From an uncultured Flavobacteriaceae bacterium (GTDB lineage: Bacteria > Bacteroidota > Bacteroidia > Flavobacteriales > Flavobacteriaceae), in contig CAWHCT010000020.1 in the NCBI GenBank assembly GCA_963827785.1, forward strand, positions 180,129 to 244,128: a stretch of 64,000 bases of DNA. The letters run 5' to 3'. A program made the translations under genes and the position numbers. Of this stretch, positions 19,948 through 30,522 are shown in pieces. Below the pieces are notes generated by a model. The model was given only the letters and a program-made list of their open reading frames with translations. It made no database searches and had not been told where the DNA came from. Positions within the stretch are counted from its first letter, which is position 1. Each line of letters opens with the position of its first letter.

Positions 19948-21009
19948 TTATTCGTCTCTGGCACTGTCTACAATTTCTTTTTTGAACTTTTGATCGTTCA
20001 TCAAAATAGCCAAGAAACTTAAAATATAATCTTTGGCAACTTCAAATTCTTTGGGGTTTTCAAAATAATTTTTATGGCTATTCAATAACATAATCATCTC
20101 TTCTTTTTTGCTAATAATTTCTAGTCTAACTTGATCAAATATTTTTTCATCCCTAACAAAACCTCTATATTTTCTCTCAGTAACAGATTTTAATCCAAGG
20201 CTTTCTCCTTGTATTTCAGAAACTACGGCATAACTGGTATTCACAAAGCCCGACATGTCAAAATCATAAGGTATTGGAATCATTTTGTTATTGATAAAAA
20301 TGACTTCTATATTATGCAAGTACGCTTGTGAATAATCTGTATTGCCTATCATGTACTCAAAAAGAGAACTCCTTACAGAAGCCAATGGTTCATGGTTTAA
20401 TGGATGTGAATACCTGTCATAGACTTTTCCATCAAATCGCTTAGCAACAATTTTATCATCTTCAATTAAAATTCCTTTTAAATTGTGAGTTTTGATTTTT
20501 TGGCCCTTGACTTCCTCAAAATTTATTTCTAATAGTCTTGTTTTAAAATGATAAGGAGATATAAGCTCGAATAATTTGTAGGCTAAATATTCCTTGATAA
20601 TGTTATCATTATTATCCTTCTGTAATAAACAAGGCATGACTAGTTTTAAATGTTTGTTTCCTTCAAATAGTGTATTTTTTATTTCCTTCTTTTTTAATTT
20701 CATTTTTATTGGCGGGAAATAACAATTTTTAAGTCGGTAATTACCTCTGGACCTAAGTTTTATTTTCAGTTCATGTTCGGTGCCATCTTTAAGCTGATAA
20801 AATAAAGATGTATCAACATATGTAGAATCGTTGGTATTCTTTTTAACATCCTTTATTGCGAAGGATAACTTTATTGGTAAAGGTTCGTCTTCCAGGAATA
20901 TTTTTGGAACCAATTGTGAATTTTCATTTTGTACTGGTTCCTGTGCAATAGTTTGAGTAAAAAACAATATATTAACAAAAACGATGAAGTAACTTAATAG
21001 CTTATTCAT
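19948..21009 (-). CDS. hypothetical secreted protein
   Basis: Start moved to MNKLLSYFIVFVNILFFTQTIAQ (signal peptide). I recognise no family motif. Confidence 0.6.
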   Translation of the reverse strand: MNKLLSYFIVFVNILFFTQTIAQEPVQNENSQLVPKIFLEDEPLPIKLSFAIKDVKKNTNDSTYVDTSLFYQLKDGTEHELKIKLRSRGNYRLKNCYFPPIKMKLKKKEIKNTLFEGNKHLKLVMPCLLQKDNNDNIIKEYLAYKLFELISPYHFKTRLLEINFEEVKGQKIKTHNLKGILIEDDKIVAKRFDGKVYDRYSHPLNHEPLASVRSSLFEYMIGNTDYSQAYLHNIEVIFINNKMIPIPYDFDMSGFVNTSYAVVSEIQGESLGLKSVTERKYRGFVRDEKIFDQVRLEIISKKEEMIMLLNSHKNYFENPKEFEVAKDYILSFLAILMNDQKFKKEIVDSARDE

Positions 21010-21047
21010 AAAAAATAGTATTTTTAACAAAAGTAATATTTTTCAAT

Positions 21048-21791
21048 TTGGATATCAGACAATATTATTCCATAATAAATTACAGAACCTATTTAGCTTT
21101 AGCGATTTCTATAATAGTGACCTATATCTTCTATAAGTTTGATTTTAAATTCAATTTGGACTTAACTCTGCTTAGCATCGCTATAATCTTTCCACTGGTT
21201 TTTGCCATAAGAACCTCTTTTAGGCGAAGAGAGAAAGCTTTGGAGCATTTGAGTGAATTTAGAAGCTCTTTAAAGACCTTGTACTATTTTTTTAACAGCA
21301 ATGAAAAATTAAATGAAGACGATCTAAAGGAAATTAAAGACATATTGACAGAAATCAACACAAATACATTATCCAATTTAAAAAGTAAAGATTTTGTTGT
21401 AAAAGACTTAGATGATGTTTTAAATAAGGTTTATCAATTTACTCTGGATAAAACTTCTACAATACCAAGAAATTTACGTGATAAGGTTTTTCGATTTATG
21501 AAAGATCTTCATGAATCTATCGAAAATGTATTTGCAATCCATACACATAGAACTCCGATTAGTCTTAAGGCTTACTGTGAGATCTTTATTTATATTTTTC
21601 CATTTCTATATGTTCCTACAATCATTTACAATGTAGGAATAGATAATTCACAATCAATTGTTTATTCAATTGTGCAACTTACCCAGTTTATATTAATATC
21701 GCTTTATAATATTCAAAATCAACTAGAATATCCTTTTGATGATATAGGTTTGGACGATATTAAACTGGATGGCTTTAAGATTGAACGATAA
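21048..21791 (+). CDS. hypothetical membrane protein
   Basis: 247 aa with a TTG start in the ORF track (uncertain). Two N-terminal and two C-terminal hydrophobic segments. Confidence 0.5.
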   Translation: MDIRQYYSIINYRTYLALAISIIVTYIFYKFDFKFNLDLTLLSIAIIFPLVFAIRTSFRRREKALEHLSEFRSSLKTLYYFFNSNEKLNEDDLKEIKDILTEINTNTLSNLKSKDFVVKDLDDVLNKVYQFTLDKTSTIPRNLRDKVFRFMKDLHESIENVFAIHTHRTPISLKAYCEIFIYIFPFLYVPTIIYNVGIDNSQSIVYSIVQLTQFILISLYNIQNQLEYPFDDIGLDDIKLDGFKIER

Positions 21792-21923
21792 TTTCCATTT
21801 TTTCTTTTATAATCTGGGAATGGTAATGTGACGGGCTTTAACACTTGTCGACTTAGAAATAAAAAAAACAAACTACCTAAACAGTGCACTTTTAAATCCT
21901 AAATTTAATTAGTGCTAATCCAA

Positions 21924-23042
21924 TTAAATAATTGTGGACTGTCCCAGATGTATGTTCTGAAAGTTAAAGTTGGAGTCATCAGGGTTACTTATAACATCCT
22001 CTATAAAGTCACCAACCTTTCTGGTTGTTATATGGTCAAACTTAGTATTTAAGTCTGGTGTAGTTATATGCAGTTTCAATGACTTGTCAACTGCTTTTCG
22101 AACTAAATTTGCTTCATCGGTCAATTCAAAATGATCTAATAACATAGCTGCCGATAAGATTGCAGCTATAGGATTGGCTATTCCCTTTCCTGTTGCCTGG
22201 GGATAAGATCCATGGATCGGCTCGAACAAGGCATATTTATCACCTACGGATGCTGAGGCCAACAAACCTATTGATCCCCCAATAACACTGGCCTCATCAC
22301 TTATTATATCACCAAACATATTCTCTGTTAAAATAACATCAAACTGTTTTGGATTCAAAATCATTTGCATGGCGGCATTGTCTACAAATAAAAAGTCTAA
22401 TTCCACCTTTGGATATAGTGCACCAATTTCAACAACCACTTTTCGCCAGAGTCTTGAACTTTCTAAAACATTGGCCTTATCAATTAAAGTAACTTTATTT
22501 TTTCTTTTTTGTGCTGCTTGAAACGCTAAATGAGCGATTCGCTCAATTTCATGACGTGAATATTTACAAAGGTCTGACGCAGTATTTCCATCATCACTAA
22601 TTTGTTTTTCTCCAAAATAAATACCACCGGTTAATTCCCTGTAGATGCAAATATCTGCACCTTTGATATTTTCTTTTTTTAATGGAGATTTTCTTAATAG
22701 GGTATCGTAAGCCTTAACAGGCCTAATATTTGCGAATAAACCCAACTCTTTGCGCAATCGTAACAGACCCTGTTCCGGTCTAACTTTGGCCGCTGGATCA
22801 TTATCGTATTTTGGATGACCTATGGCACCAAATAAGATTGCATCACTTTCTTTGCATAAATTGAGAGTTTCTTCAGGTAATGGATTTCCCGTTTTATCAA
22901 TAGCAATAGCACCTACTACTGCTTTCTTAAATATAAAATGGTGGTTGAATTCAGATGCAATAGCCTTTAAGACCTTTACAGCTTGTTCGGTAACTTCCGG
23001 ACCAATACCGTCACCTGATAATACAGCAATTTTAAGTTTCAT
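21924..23042 (-). CDS. leuB: 3-isopropylmalate dehydrogenase
   Basis: 372 aa. Motifs LSGDGIGPEV and NMFGDIISDEAS. Confidence 0.92.
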   Translation of the reverse strand: MKLKIAVLSGDGIGPEVTEQAVKVLKAIASEFNHHFIFKKAVVGAIAIDKTGNPLPEETLNLCKESDAILFGAIGHPKYDNDPAAKVRPEQGLLRLRKELGLFANIRPVKAYDTLLRKSPLKKENIKGADICIYRELTGGIYFGEKQISDDGNTASDLCKYSRHEIERIAHLAFQAAQKRKNKVTLIDKANVLESSRLWRKVVVEIGALYPKVELDFLFVDNAAMQMILNPKQFDVILTENMFGDIISDEASVIGGSIGLLASASVGDKYALFEPIHGSYPQATGKGIANPIAAILSAAMLLDHFELTDEANLVRKAVDKSLKLHITTPDLNTKFDHITTRKVGDFIEDVISNPDDSNFNFQNIHLGQSTII

Positions 23043-24217
23043 TAAGCTGATTTAATTTCGTTATACACCTTACTGGCTTCAATGATCTGATGAATATCGT
23101 TGTCATCGATCTCTTTCTTTTTATCAGCATAGGTTAAAAAGTTTGAATAGACCTCATCTAATTGCAATTTGGTCAAATCATATCCTAATTTTTTTGATCT
23201 GTAAGCTAATGCTGCTCTACCACTTCTTGCAGTAAGGACAATAGCCGAATCTGTTACACCAACATCTTTAGGGTTGATGATCTCGTATGTTTCTCTGTTT
23301 TTTATGACTCCATCTTGATGTATTCCGGAACTATGGGCAAAGGCGTTAGCTCCAACAATTGCTTTGTTTGGCTGAGTATAAATACCCATACTATCAGACA
23401 CCAACTGACTGATACCATATAACATTTCTGTCTGAATATTAGTCTCAAGATTTAAATAAGGATGTTGTTTGAGGATCATGACCACCTCTTCTAAGGCCGT
23501 ATTCCCAGCACGTTCTCCAATTCCGTTGATTGTACATTCAATTTGACGAGCACCATTGATAACACCTTCAATCGAGTTGGCAGTCGCCAGACCAAGGTCA
23601 TTATGACAATGACATGACAAAATAGCTTTGTCAATACCTTTCACATTCTCCATTAAGTATTTCATTTTGGCTCCATACTCATGTGGTAAGCAATATCCAG
23701 TTGTGTCTGGGATATTTAAAACAGTTGCTCCGGCTTTAATAGCTGCTTCACATACTCTTGCCAAATATTCATTATCAGTTCGTCCTGCATCTTCAGCGTA
23801 AAATTCAACATCTTCAACAAATGATTTGGCATATGAGACAGCAGCTGCGGCACGTTCTATTATTTCTTCTCGATTTGAATTGAATTTGTGAATGATATGA
23901 GAGTCTGAAGTACCAATACCCGTATGAATTCTTGGTTTTCTGGCGTATTTTAATGCTTCAGCAGCCACTTTAATGTCATTTTCGACGGATCGTGTTAATC
24001 CGCAAACAGTTGCATTCTTAACCAATTTGGATATTTCTTCAACCGATTTGAAATCACCGGGGCTGGAAACAGGAAAACCTGCTTCAAGTACATCTACACC
24101 TAAATTATCGAGTTGCTCGGCAATCACAAGTTTTTGATTTGTATTTAGTTTACAACCAGGGACTTGCTCGCCATCTCGCAGCGTTGTATCAAAAATTTCT
24201 ACTTTATTCGTCGACAT
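23042..24217 (-). CDS. leuA: 2-isopropylmalate synthase, short form without the C-terminal regulatory domain
   Basis: 391 aa. Motifs DTTLRDGEQ and HCHNDLGLA (DRE-TIM lyase). Its stop overlaps the leuB start, so there is no room for a LeuA_dimer domain. Confidence 0.8.
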   Translation of the reverse strand: MSTNKVEIFDTTLRDGEQVPGCKLNTNQKLVIAEQLDNLGVDVLEAGFPVSSPGDFKSVEEISKLVKNATVCGLTRSVENDIKVAAEALKYARKPRIHTGIGTSDSHIIHKFNSNREEIIERAAAAVSYAKSFVEDVEFYAEDAGRTDNEYLARVCEAAIKAGATVLNIPDTTGYCLPHEYGAKMKYLMENVKGIDKAILSCHCHNDLGLATANSIEGVINGARQIECTINGIGERAGNTALEEVVMILKQHPYLNLETNIQTEMLYGISQLVSDSMGIYTQPNKAIVGANAFAHSSGIHQDGVIKNRETYEIINPKDVGVTDSAIVLTARSGRAALAYRSKKLGYDLTKLQLDEVYSNFLTYADKKKEIDDNDIHQIIEASKVYNEIKSA

Positions 24218-24363
24218 TTATTCAAATATATTTTCTTATTGTCCAACGAATTTATATTTTGGATTAGTAATTCATCATTACATTGTAAAGGCATTACGAC
24301 GTTCAAACCTAAAAAAACGCATTAAGTATTTTATAATCAAATACATACAGATATAATCCATTG

Positions 24364-25908
24364 ATGACTAAAGCCCAAAAAGATAATTTATTTTTACTCG
24401 TCAAATCATTGACTAAATCGGAAAAGCGACAGTTTAAACTTTATGTCGGCCGTTTGGGAGTGAATACAGATTCAAAATTTTTAAATCTGTTCAATATTCT
24501 TGAAAAATTATCTGCATATGATGAAGCAGCAATACTTAAGTCCGGAATTGTAAAAAAACAGCAATTGGCCAATGTAAAGGCTCATTTGTACAAACAGATT
24601 CTTATCAGTTTAAAGCTCAATCCGTCTCACCAGAATATTCGTTCTCAAATAAGAGAACAATTGGATTTTGCTTCTATTTTGTATCATAAAGGATTGTATA
24701 AACAGAGTCTTAAAATATTAGATAAAGCTAAAGAGGTCGCCATGCAAAACGAGGAAAAGAATTTAGCTTATGAAATTGTTGAACTGGAAAAAATAATTGA
24801 ATCTCAATATATCACAAGAAGTATAAGAGGAAGGGCAGATGAATTGACCATTCAAGCAAAAGAACTTAGTGAAGCAAATGTTTTGACCAGCAAATTGTCT
24901 AATCTATCCTTACAGTTGTATGGGGTTTTCCTGAAAACAGGTTACGTTAAAAATGAAGCGGAAAGTAAGGAGATAACAGATTATTTTAATGCCAGACTGC
25001 CAAAATTCAATATTAAGGATTTGGGATTCAGAGAAAAATTATGGTTATATAAAGCGTATCTCTGGTATAGTTTTTTAATGCAGGATTTCTTGAATTGCTA
25101 TAAATATTCAATGAAATGGGTGGATCTGTTCTATCAGAATCCGGATATGATTAGTTTGAATCCTGTATTTTTCCTTAAGGGGAACAATTATTTATTGGAA
25201 TCCCTTTATTTCCTTAAGAACAAGAAAAAATTTGAAGAATCACTCAACAGATTAGAAGTCATTGTTGAAACTAAATCGTTTCCAAAAGATGAAAATGTGG
25301 CGGCCTTATCGTTTTTGTATATTAATCTGAATAAATTCAATCTATACTTTATCGATGGTAGTTTTGAAGAAGGATTACCTTTAATTCCTAAGGTCGAATC
25401 AGAATTAGAACATTATTCTGATAGAATTGATGAGCACCATTTCATGACCTTTTATTATAAATTCGCCAGTTTGCATTTTGGGGCAGGAAATAACAAGAAA
25501 TGTATTGAATATTTAGATAAGATAATTTCAAATAAAAGTTTATCCATGAGAGAAGATCTTTTGTGTTTCTCGAGAGTGTTAAATCTTGTGGCACATTATG
25601 AAGCTGGATTAGATTATCATATAGACGCTTTATTAAGAAGCACTTACAAGTTTTTGATCAAAATGAATGATCTGCATGAAGTACAGATTGAAATGATCAA
25701 GTTCATAAAAAGTCTGCAAGATATTTATCCGCAGGATCTAAAAAAAGCATTCATAAAATTGCATGACGTCCTTATAAAGTTTGAAGATAGGCCCTTTGAA
25801 AAAAGAGCCTTTTTGTACCTTGATATAATTTCCTGGTTGGAAAGTAAAATTGAAAATAAACCGGTTGCCCAAATAATAAAGGATAAGTATTTGGCAAAAT
25901 ATGCCTGA
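24364..25908 (+). CDS. hypothetical protein (helical-repeat-like)
   Basis: 514 aa from the ATG at 24364. Predicted mostly alpha-helical. No motif recognised. Confidence 0.6.
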   Translation: MTKAQKDNLFLLVKSLTKSEKRQFKLYVGRLGVNTDSKFLNLFNILEKLSAYDEAAILKSGIVKKQQLANVKAHLYKQILISLKLNPSHQNIRSQIREQLDFASILYHKGLYKQSLKILDKAKEVAMQNEEKNLAYEIVELEKIIESQYITRSIRGRADELTIQAKELSEANVLTSKLSNLSLQLYGVFLKTGYVKNEAESKEITDYFNARLPKFNIKDLGFREKLWLYKAYLWYSFLMQDFLNCYKYSMKWVDLFYQNPDMISLNPVFFLKGNNYLLESLYFLKNKKKFEESLNRLEVIVETKSFPKDENVAALSFLYINLNKFNLYFIDGSFEEGLPLIPKVESELEHYSDRIDEHHFMTFYYKFASLHFGAGNNKKCIEYLDKIISNKSLSMREDLLCFSRVLNLVAHYEAGLDYHIDALLRSTYKFLIKMNDLHEVQIEMIKFIKSLQDIYPQDLKKAFIKLHDVLIKFEDRPFEKRAFLYLDIISWLESKIENKPVAQIIKDKYLAKYA

Positions 25909-25989
25909 AAAATTTGTGATTTTACTAAGAATATCACAATTCTTTAAAATTAAGTGCTTAAAAATTTGGATTTAAATTTTTTTAAAATA

Positions 25990-25997
25990 TATATTTG
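25990..25997 (+). promoter_or_regulatory. Bacteroidota-type -7 box TATATTTG
   Basis: Matches TAnnTTTG about 30 nt upstream of the SAM-I aptamer. Confidence 0.35.
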
Positions 25998-26027
25998 CGC
26001 TTACAAAGTTCAAAAACTTATTGAAGT

Positions 26028-26175
26028 GTTATCAAGAAAGGTGGAGGGATTAGACCCGTTGAAGCCTTAGCAACCCTTGGATTTACTAAGAAGGTGCTAA
26101 ATTCTACTTGAAATTGCGAGTCATTTTTCGCAAGTTCGGATAGATAACTAAAAGAAATTACTTTCTGTAATTTCT
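26028..26175 (+). promoter_or_regulatory. SAM-I (S-box) riboswitch plus downstream hairpin
   Basis: Matches the S-box core: gttatcaagaaaggtggagggattagacccgttgaagccttagcaaccc…aaggtgctaaattctac…gatagataac. A 9-bp hairpin agaaattac/gtaatttct lies at 26153-26175. Located upstream of metY. Confidence 0.85.
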
Positions 26176-26268
26176 AAAAATTCTTTATAACATTTTTCTA
26201 TTAAGTACGTCAATTTTGACGCATTTGACTTTTGGTTTAATTTTTTATTAACTCTAAAAGAAAGAAAA

Positions 26269-27561
26269 ATGAGTAAACAAAAATTCGCAACAAAAGCGTT
26301 GCATGCAGGACACGACGTCCAAAAGAACGGTGGAACCAGAGCGGTTCCCATTTATCAATCCACAGCTTATGTGTTTAATGATTCCGATCATGCTGCAAAT
26401 TTATTTGCATTGGCTGAAACAGGAAATATTTACACAAGAATAAACAATCCTACAAATGATATATTAGAGCAGCGTTTAGCAGCTCTTGAAGGAGGGATAG
26501 CGGCTGTAGTTACTGCATCCGGAACATCTGCAATCGCAACTACCCTATTAACTCTGTTAAAAGCTGGAGACCATATTGTAGCTTCTAACAGTTTGTATGG
26601 CGGAACTTACAATTTGTTAAGTGTAACATTACCGAGACATGGAATAACAACCACCTTTGTTGATCCATCCAATCCTGAAAACTTTAAAAAAGCTACCCAA
26701 GAGAATACCAGAACATTCTTTATTGAGTCTCTTGGAAATCCGAAATTGGATGTTTTGGATATTGATGCTATTTCAAAGCAAGCGAAGGCATTTAAAGTAC
26801 CTTTGATTGTTGACAATACCGTTGCTACTCCGTATTTATTGAATCCAATTGAATATGGTGCTAATATTGTTATTCATTCTTTAACAAAGTACATCAACGG
26901 AAATGGTACAGCGCTTGGAGGAGTGATCATTGACGCCGGAACTTTTGACTGGTCAAACGGAAAATTTCCTGAATTCACAGAGCCTTCAGCCGGATATCAT
27001 GGATTAGTTTACAGCGAAGCACTTGAAGCAGCAGCTTTTATTGCCAAAGTGAGAATTGAAGGGTTGCGAGATTATGGAGGAGCTTTGAGTCCTTTTAATG
27101 CATTTCAGATCATACAAGGACTGGAAACATTAGAATTGAGAATAAAAAAACATAGTGAAAATGCGCTAGAGTTAGCAAAATGGCTTCAGAAACAGGAAGA
27201 AGTTGTTTGGGTTAATTATCCAGGATTAGAATCCAGTCCTTATAAGGCATTAGCTAAAAAATACTTACCGGAAGGACAAAGCGGAATTGTAACCTTTGGA
27301 GTTAAAGGAGGCTATGAGTCTGCTAAAAAAATAGCAGATACAACCAAGTTGTTTTCACTATTGGCAAATATTGGAGACACAAAGTCATTGATCATTCATC
27401 CTGCAAGCACAACCCATCAGCAATTAAGTGATGAAGCTCAGGAGTCAACAGGAGTTACAAAAGATCTTATAAGGTTATCTGTTGGAATTGAAAATATTGA
27501 AGATCTAAAATCAGATTTAAAAGAAGCATTTCAAGTTGTAAAATCAACAATATTAGTTTAA
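26269..27561 (+). CDS. metY: O-acetylhomoserine sulfhydrylase
   Basis: 430 aa. Cys/Met-metabolism PLP enzyme with PLP lysine region HSLTKYINGNG. Confidence 0.9.
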   Translation: MSKQKFATKALHAGHDVQKNGGTRAVPIYQSTAYVFNDSDHAANLFALAETGNIYTRINNPTNDILEQRLAALEGGIAAVVTASGTSAIATTLLTLLKAGDHIVASNSLYGGTYNLLSVTLPRHGITTTFVDPSNPENFKKATQENTRTFFIESLGNPKLDVLDIDAISKQAKAFKVPLIVDNTVATPYLLNPIEYGANIVIHSLTKYINGNGTALGGVIIDAGTFDWSNGKFPEFTEPSAGYHGLVYSEALEAAAFIAKVRIEGLRDYGGALSPFNAFQIIQGLETLELRIKKHSENALELAKWLQKQEEVVWVNYPGLESSPYKALAKKYLPEGQSGIVTFGVKGGYESAKKIADTTKLFSLLANIGDTKSLIIHPASTTHQQLSDEAQESTGVTKDLIRLSVGIENIEDLKSDLKEAFQVVKSTILV

Positions 27562-28566
27562 ATGGAAGAATTACAATACATAAATATTCCTGATTACAGA
27601 ACCAAGAATGGTAAGTCAACCCATATACGGTTGTCTTATCAGGTCTTTGGTAGAAAATTGAATGAAGCCCCAATAGTTTTGGTGAATCATGCGCTGACAG
27701 GAAATTCTAATGTGTCTGGAGAAAACGGGTGGTGGACTAGCTTAATTGGCGAAGATAAAGTGATTGACACCAATTACTATTCGGTTTTGTCATTTAATAT
27801 TCCAGGGAATGGATTTGATGGAACAAGTGCTAGTTTAATTGAAAATTATAAAGAATTTACGGCAAAAGATATAGCCAATATATTTGCCTTAGGCTTAGAA
27901 ACTTTGAAAGTAGAAAGTCTATTTGCTGTAATAGGCGGTTCCGTTGGTGGAGGTTTAGCATGGGAATTGGCAGTTTTAAGACCGAACCTAATCGAGAATT
28001 TGATACCTGTTGCTTCCGATTGGAAATCAACAGATTGGATTTTAGCCAATTGCTTTATTCAGGATAATATTTTAAATAATTCTGTAAGAGGTTTGGAAGA
28101 TGCAAGAATGCATGCCATGACCTTATACAGAACTCCGGAATCATTGTCTCAAAAATTTAATAGAACTAAAAAAGAGGAAGAGATTTTTAATATAGAGAGC
28201 TGGTTGAATTATCACGGTAATGCTTTGAATGAAAGATTTCAGTTATCGGCTTATAAAATGATGAATCAAATATTGAAAACAATTGATATCACTGAAGGAG
28301 GTAAGGAATTCCTCGATGTCGTTTCGAAAATCAAATCAAATATTCACATTATCACAATTAATTCTGATCTGTTCTTTAAATCAGATGAGAACTGGCAAAC
28401 ATATGTAGAACTTAAATCGGTCAAAGGTAATGTTACGATTGGGGAAATTAAATCCATTCATGGACATGATGCATTTTTAATAGAATTCAATCAGTTGAAT
28501 AATCTATTAAAACCTATTTTTCAGTCAGAAAAAGTAAATGAAATCGAATTTAAAAAAGCTATTTAA
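27562..28566 (+). CDS. metX: homoserine O-acetyltransferase
   Basis: 334 aa. Alpha/beta hydrolase with nucleophile elbow GGSVGG and a C-terminal HGHDAFL motif. Confidence 0.85.
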   Translation: MEELQYINIPDYRTKNGKSTHIRLSYQVFGRKLNEAPIVLVNHALTGNSNVSGENGWWTSLIGEDKVIDTNYYSVLSFNIPGNGFDGTSASLIENYKEFTAKDIANIFALGLETLKVESLFAVIGGSVGGGLAWELAVLRPNLIENLIPVASDWKSTDWILANCFIQDNILNNSVRGLEDARMHAMTLYRTPESLSQKFNRTKKEEEIFNIESWLNYHGNALNERFQLSAYKMMNQILKTIDITEGGKEFLDVVSKIKSNIHIITINSDLFFKSDENWQTYVELKSVKGNVTIGEIKSIHGHDAFLIEFNQLNNLLKPIFQSEKVNEIEFKKAI

Positions 28567-28577
28567 TAAAACCCTTT

Positions 28578-29746
28578 ATGAGTTCTAAGAAATTTGAAAC
28601 GGAAGCGATAAGAACACAAATAGAACGTTCTCAGTTTTTAGAACATTCAAGTCCATTATACCTCACATCAAGTTTTGTATTTGAAGATGCTGAGGATATG
28701 AGAGCTTCATTTGCAGAAGAAAAAGAGCGCAATATTTATAGCAGGTTTTCAAATCCAAATACTTCAGAATTTGTAGAAAAGATTTGTAAAATGGAAGGAG
28801 CAGAAAGCGGATATGCCTTTGCAACTGGAATGTCGGCTGTATTCTCAACTTTTGCGGCCTTATTAAATGCCGGAGATCATATTGTGTCATCAAGATCTGT
28901 ATTTGGATCAACACATACCCTGTTTACCAAGTTCTTCCCGAAATGGGATATTTCTACAAGTTATTTTAAAGTTAATGAGATTGATAAAATTAAAGGATTA
29001 ATTACAACCAAATACGAAAATATTATATGCTGAAAGCCCTACAAATCCTGCAGTCGATGTATTGGATTTAGAGTTATTAGGAAAAATTGCAAAAGAGTAT
29101 AATTTAATTTTTGTGGTTGATAATTGTTTCGCAACACCGTACCTTCAGAATCCAATAAAATTTGGAGCAGATTTGGTTATTCATTCAGCTACAAAATTAA
29201 TTGACGGACAAGGAAGAGTTCTTGGTGGTGTTACAGTTGGAAAGTCAGACTTAATTCATGAAATATATTTATTCTCCAGAAATACAGGACCTGCACTATC
29301 TCCTTTTAATGCGTGGGTTTTATCAAAAAGTTTAGAAACACTTGCAGTTCGAGTTGATAAGCATTGTGAAAATGCACTCAAAAGTTGCAGAATTTTTAGA
29401 AAAACATGATAAAATTAGCTTGGTAAAATATCCTTTTTTAATTCGCATCCACAATATGAAATTGCTAAAAAACAAATGAAACTAGGTGGTAATATTGTTG
29501 CTTTCGAAATTAAAGGAGGTATTGAAACAGGCAGGAATTTTTTAAATAAAATTAAGCTTATGTTCGTTATCTGCAAATTTAGGAGATACAAGAACTATTG
29601 TAACTCATCCAGCGTCAACAACACATAGTAAATTATCAGATGAAGATAGATTAGAAGTAGGAATAACCGATGGTTTGGTCAGGGTATCTGTAGGTTTGGA
29701 AAATGTAGATGATATTATTAACGATTTGGATCAGGCTTTAAATTGA
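28578..29746 (+). pseudogene. cystathionine gamma-synthase/beta-lyase family (metB/metC-like) gene, reading frame interrupted at least 4 times
   Basis: After frame joining the homology is continuous (…PNTKILYAESPTNP…HSATKLIDGQG…[37 protein letters not shown]…[21 protein letters not shown]…). The frame changes are near 29006 (+1), 29380 (+1), 29440 (-1) and 29559 (+1). Confidence 0.8.
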
Positions 29747-29759
29747 ATTGAAAATAAAG

Positions 29760-29767
29760 TATCTTTG
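29760..29767 (+). promoter_or_regulatory. Bacteroidota-type -7 box TATCTTTG
   Basis: Matches TAnnTTTG. It lies only 4 nt before the Rrf2 ATG, which would make the mRNA leaderless or nearly so. Confidence 0.3.
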
Positions 29768-29771
29768 TTAG

Positions 29772-30179
29772 ATGCTTTCTAAAAGAACGAAATACGGTAT
29801 TAAAGCACTGGTTTATTTGGCACGACAGGGACATCAGGATCCTGTCAATATTGCTGAGATTTCTGAAAGTGAGAACATTTCAAGAAAATTTTTAGAAAGT
29901 ATTCTACTTACCCTTAAAAAAAACGGAATTTTAGGATCCAAAAAAGGAAAATTGGGAGGTTATTATTTACTTAAAGAACCTTCTGAAATTAATATGTCAT
30001 CCATATTACGAATTTTAGAAGGTCCTATTGCCATGGTACCATGTGTAAGCTTGAACTTTTATGAAAAGTGTGAAGACTGCCCAAACGAGGATATTTGCAC
30101 CGTTAATACTTTAATGACCCAGGTAAGAGACAGTACATTGGGAATTCTAAATAATAATACATTAGCAGATTTGATCTAA
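29772..30179 (+). CDS. Rrf2 family transcriptional regulator
   Basis: 135 aa. N-terminal wHTH (SKRTKYGIKALVYLA…ISRKFLESIL). Cys residues CVSL…CEDCPNEDIC. Confidence 0.85.
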   Translation: MLSKRTKYGIKALVYLARQGHQDPVNIAEISESENISRKFLESILLTLKKNGILGSKKGKLGGYYLLKEPSEINMSSILRILEGPIAMVPCVSLNFYEKCEDCPNEDICTVNTLMTQVRDSTLGILNNNTLADLI

Positions 30180-30221
30180 TTTTTTTTCGAATTTATCATT
30201 GTTTAACCAATTGTCATTATA

Positions 30222-30229
30222 TATATTTG
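30222..30229 (+). promoter_or_regulatory. Bacteroidota-type -7 box TATATTTG
   Basis: Matches TAnnTTTG about 40 nt before the DUF2061 ATG. Confidence 0.35.
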
Positions 30230-30234
30230 CATTT

Positions 30235-30257
30235 ATTCCTAGTAATCCCATAGGAAT
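30235..30257 (+). promoter_or_regulatory. 7-bp inverted repeat attccta-N9-taggaat (candidate operator)
   Basis: Perfect inverted repeat directly downstream of the -7 box and upstream of DUF2061-cysHDN. It lies next to the Rrf2 regulator gene. Confidence 0.3.
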
Positions 30258-30267
30258 TAGTTAAAGT

Positions 30268-30522
30268 ATGATTTTAGATATAGTTTTCAATAAACATATA
30301 AACGTTAGTAAAAGAAAGGCTAACGGAGAAAGAATATCAAGAAGTATTGCCAAATCACTTAGTTGGAGGCTAGTTGGAACCTTAGATACCATAATTATTT
30401 CCTGGATAATAACAGGAAAGATAGGAATGGCTTTGTCTATAGGTTCAATTGAACTGGTTACTAAAATGCTTCTTTATTTTTTTCATGAGCGTGCCTGGAA
30501 TAAAATTAAATGGGGAAAATAA
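30268..30522 (+). CDS. DUF2061-like small membrane protein
   Basis: 84 aa. RSIAKSLSWRLVGTLDTIIISWIITG…HERAWNKIKWG. The stop overlaps the cysH ATG (TAATG). Confidence 0.7.
   Translation: MILDIVFNKHINVSKRKANGERISRSIAKSLSWRLVGTLDTIIISWIITGKIGMALSIGSIELVTKMLLYFFHERAWNKIKWGK

Noticed and set aside
24218-24363. Leucine leader peptide upstream of leuA (minus strand).
   Set aside because: The only short ORF there (MDYICMYLIIKYLMRFFRFERRNAFTM) is not Leu-enriched beyond AT-rich background and has no adjacent terminator.
26148-26351. 67-aa minus-strand ORF overlapping the SAM riboswitch platform and the metY start.
   Set aside because: It overlaps a clearly recognisable riboswitch and the 5' end of metY, and has no motif support. 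It is most likely spurious.
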